DNA of 64,000 nucleotides from Phyllosticta citribraziliensis (Eukaryota). Positions 61,752-64,000 of the stretch are shown here, piece by piece (position 1 is the first letter of the stretch; every line of letters begins with the position of its first letter). Below the pieces are notes generated by a model. It was not told the DNA's origin. It did not search any database and was given only the letters and a program-made list of their open reading frames with translations. Location: contig NW_027117354.1 of NCBI RefSeq assembly GCF_038025025.1, positions 186,001 through 250,000 on the forward strand, written 5' to 3'. The position numbers and the translations under genes are program-made.

Positions 61752-63844
61752 ATGGGCTCCCGCTCGTTACATCACGTCATCACCCAGAACTCGATAGCCT
61801 TTAATGCCTTTATTTATGGGTGAGTCGCTTTGGATGCCACTAGTCTGCCTGCTAATGAACAAGATATGCTGGCCACTCGCTTGTCACGCCTCACGCGCCG
61901 CTTTGCCAGATCTGGTGGACCCAAGAACGCATCGACGACAGAGTCACGGAAGAATACATCGCATCCCGCCTCCGCTACGAATCCAAGCAGAAACTCGTCA
62001 CACCGCTGGCCTTTGACGGATTGACCGACGACACGTACCTGGACTGGATTCTGGAAAAGGCAAAGCGATTCTTCCTGATTCTCTGCGAGATTGGCGTGCC
62101 GGAGCAGATTTTCCGCATCATCGACGACTCGTGGGACGACGATGAGCTGCCCATATCGCTGGACGCCGTCGACCGGCTGGGTTTGGACGAGGCGCTGAAC
62201 AAGAAGTTTTACCACACGCAATTCACCTTTCTGCTCCGGGAGCTACGGCAGGGCAGCCATGTCGACTATGGCGAGAACGAGGCGATTCCGCTCGAATACG
62301 TGCACGCTTTTCCGGCCGCGGCGAACCTCCAGCATTGGTCGAGGGTCCATCTTCCCGGCGGTGCGCAGAAATTTGTGCGCAGGCGCATTTCACTCGGGGA
62401 GGGCACGTCAGAAGCAGAATTTCGGAGGGAGGTCAGACTGGCGCAGGCACTGCAGCACGACCACATTGCGCCGGCATGGGCGTCATATACTTCGAAAGGA
62501 GATGGCTTTGTGCTATCGTCGTTTGTGGGTCACCACACGCTTCAAACCTTCATATACCACCGGACCGCTCCCCAGTACATGAGGCTGTCGAAGAAGGAAC
62601 GCCAGAAGCTGGTCCTGGACTGGATGCACTGTTTGGTCGACGCTGTCGCAACGCTACACGCATCTTTCCTCATGCATGGCGCCATTTATCCGTCCAACAT
62701 TCTCATCGACCACGACAACAACATTGCCTTTAGCGACATTGGCACGCTCCAAAGCTTTCAGAAAGACAAGCGCAACTCCTCCGAAGAAATGTACAACTAC
62801 GCCGCCCCTGAAACCCACGAATTCGCCCTGTTCCGTCTCCTCAGCCCCATATCCAGCCCCCGAGAATCGCGGCGGTCGTCAGTGGACAGCTCAATCTCCT
62901 CTCTCACATCGGAGAGTGGGCGCTCCAGAACGAGGAAGAAGCTGGGCCCGCGAAGTACTTCATTCTCCGGGAGGACCCCCGATTTCACCAAGCTCAACAA
63001 GACCAAGCCGCTCGACGACGATATTGTGCCATGGAGCAGTCCAGAAGCCGACATTTTCTCCCTCGGCTGCGTCTTCCTCGACATGCTCACCTTCATGCTG
63101 CGCAAAAAGCCCGGCGACTTTGTCAAGCACCGGACGACCAAGCACAAGACCGCAGCAGGCAACAAAAGCAACACGCGCACCGACGCGTCGTTCCACTCCA
63201 ATCTGGGTAAATTAGACGCATGGATGGAGTTGCTGGAGCGACTGGCCCTAGAACAAGACGACCGCCATTTTCGCGCCGTTGGTCCCTTGCTCCAGCTCGT
63301 CCGCGACATGGTCCACCGCGAGCCGTCGGCGCGTCCAAATGCCTACGTCGTGGCAGGACGCCTTCGCGACATTCTGTTCGACAGCGCCGCCCTCGTCTCG
63401 CTGCATTGTGAGGTCCGGCCGCGCGTGCTGCGCATGGAGCATCCGGGGCAGCCGTGGACGGCGCCGATCAAGACGAGACCGCGCAGTCCGTTGCCGCCGC
63501 CCCTAGTCCCGCAACCTCCAGACCTCAAGCCCATTCCGGAAGACGAGGCGGCGGAGGAGGAGCGCGCGCGTGGGGAGTTCGTTTCACATGACCAGCTTCA
63601 GTGTGGTTTTGGCGATGTGATACCACCGGAGATGTCGTCAGCAACGCTGCGCCATTCCATGGCCGACTCGATGATGAGCGAGGTGACAGAGGCGACATTT
63701 GTTGGGTCACTGAGCCCGCCGCGGCCCAAGTCGGTGCGCTCACTGAAATCGGTTTGGAACCACAGCTTCGCTGCCTCTCCGGGGAGTGGTGGGCGATGGA
63801 GCTCGCTCAAGGCGGCTGGGAGATTTGTCAAGGACGTGACGTGA
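61752..63844 (+). CDS. Protein kinase-like protein, probably a pseudokinase
   Basis: ATG 61752 with intron 61820-61863 leads in frame to IWWTQERID...LTDDTYLDWI; kinase landmarks HDHI, HGAIYPSNILID, FSDIG, YAAPE, DIFSLGCVFL, RP.A. Confidence 0.85.
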
Positions 63845-64000
63845 GCGTGAGGCCAGTGTGATGTGTCATTGTGGTGCGGGAAAGACTGATCCTACCTTCG
63901 GTTCGCCCCGTCCCGCTAGGTCATCAGGTGTGGGACAGCTTGGTCAGAGGCTGCCGTCCATCGTCGTTCTCGAGGTACCCGGGTCTTCCGTATGTACGTG

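Noticed and set aside
1..64000. Transposons, RIP-degraded AT-rich blocks, CRISPR arrays, rRNA or tRNA genes
   Set aside because: No transposase or reverse-transcriptase motifs, terminal repeats, AT-rich tracts, spacer arrays or RNA gene signatures were visible by eye; a tRNAscan/Infernal run would be needed to exclude small RNAs.

Overview
Gene-dense genomic DNA from a filamentous ascomycete (Pezizomycotina-type). Most introns are very short (about 43-60 nt) GT-AG introns with CTRAY branch sites. There are roughly 25 protein-coding genes; I could not support any rRNA, tRNA, CRISPR or transposon call. Left end (1-16 kb): a giant, edge-truncated low-complexity acidic protein (>2300 aa), an NADP-dependent oxidoreductase and a few orphan genes. 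Middle (16-45 kb), an accessory-looking block: ABCC transporter, SDR, two MFS transporters, a HeLo-like/ankyrin protein, two P450s flanking a PTH11-like membrane protein, an AAA+ ATPase/HET locus and a GH3 beta-glucosidase. Right end (46-64 kb), mostly housekeeping: vma6, hub1, gpi15, deg1, an RfeG-like gene, a crystallin-like secreted protein, det1, a PRKRIP1-like gene and a pseudokinase. Main finding: the apparently separate AAA+ ATPase and HET-domain ORFs are joined in frame by a canonical 47-nt intron (38204-38250). This predicts a 1531-aa Msp1/spastin-clade AAA+ ATPase-HET fusion, a candidate non-NLR fungal cell-death/immunity switch, about 6 kb from an NBD-less HeLo-like-ankyrin gene. 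All gene models were derived by hand and family calls come from motif recognition, not database searches.
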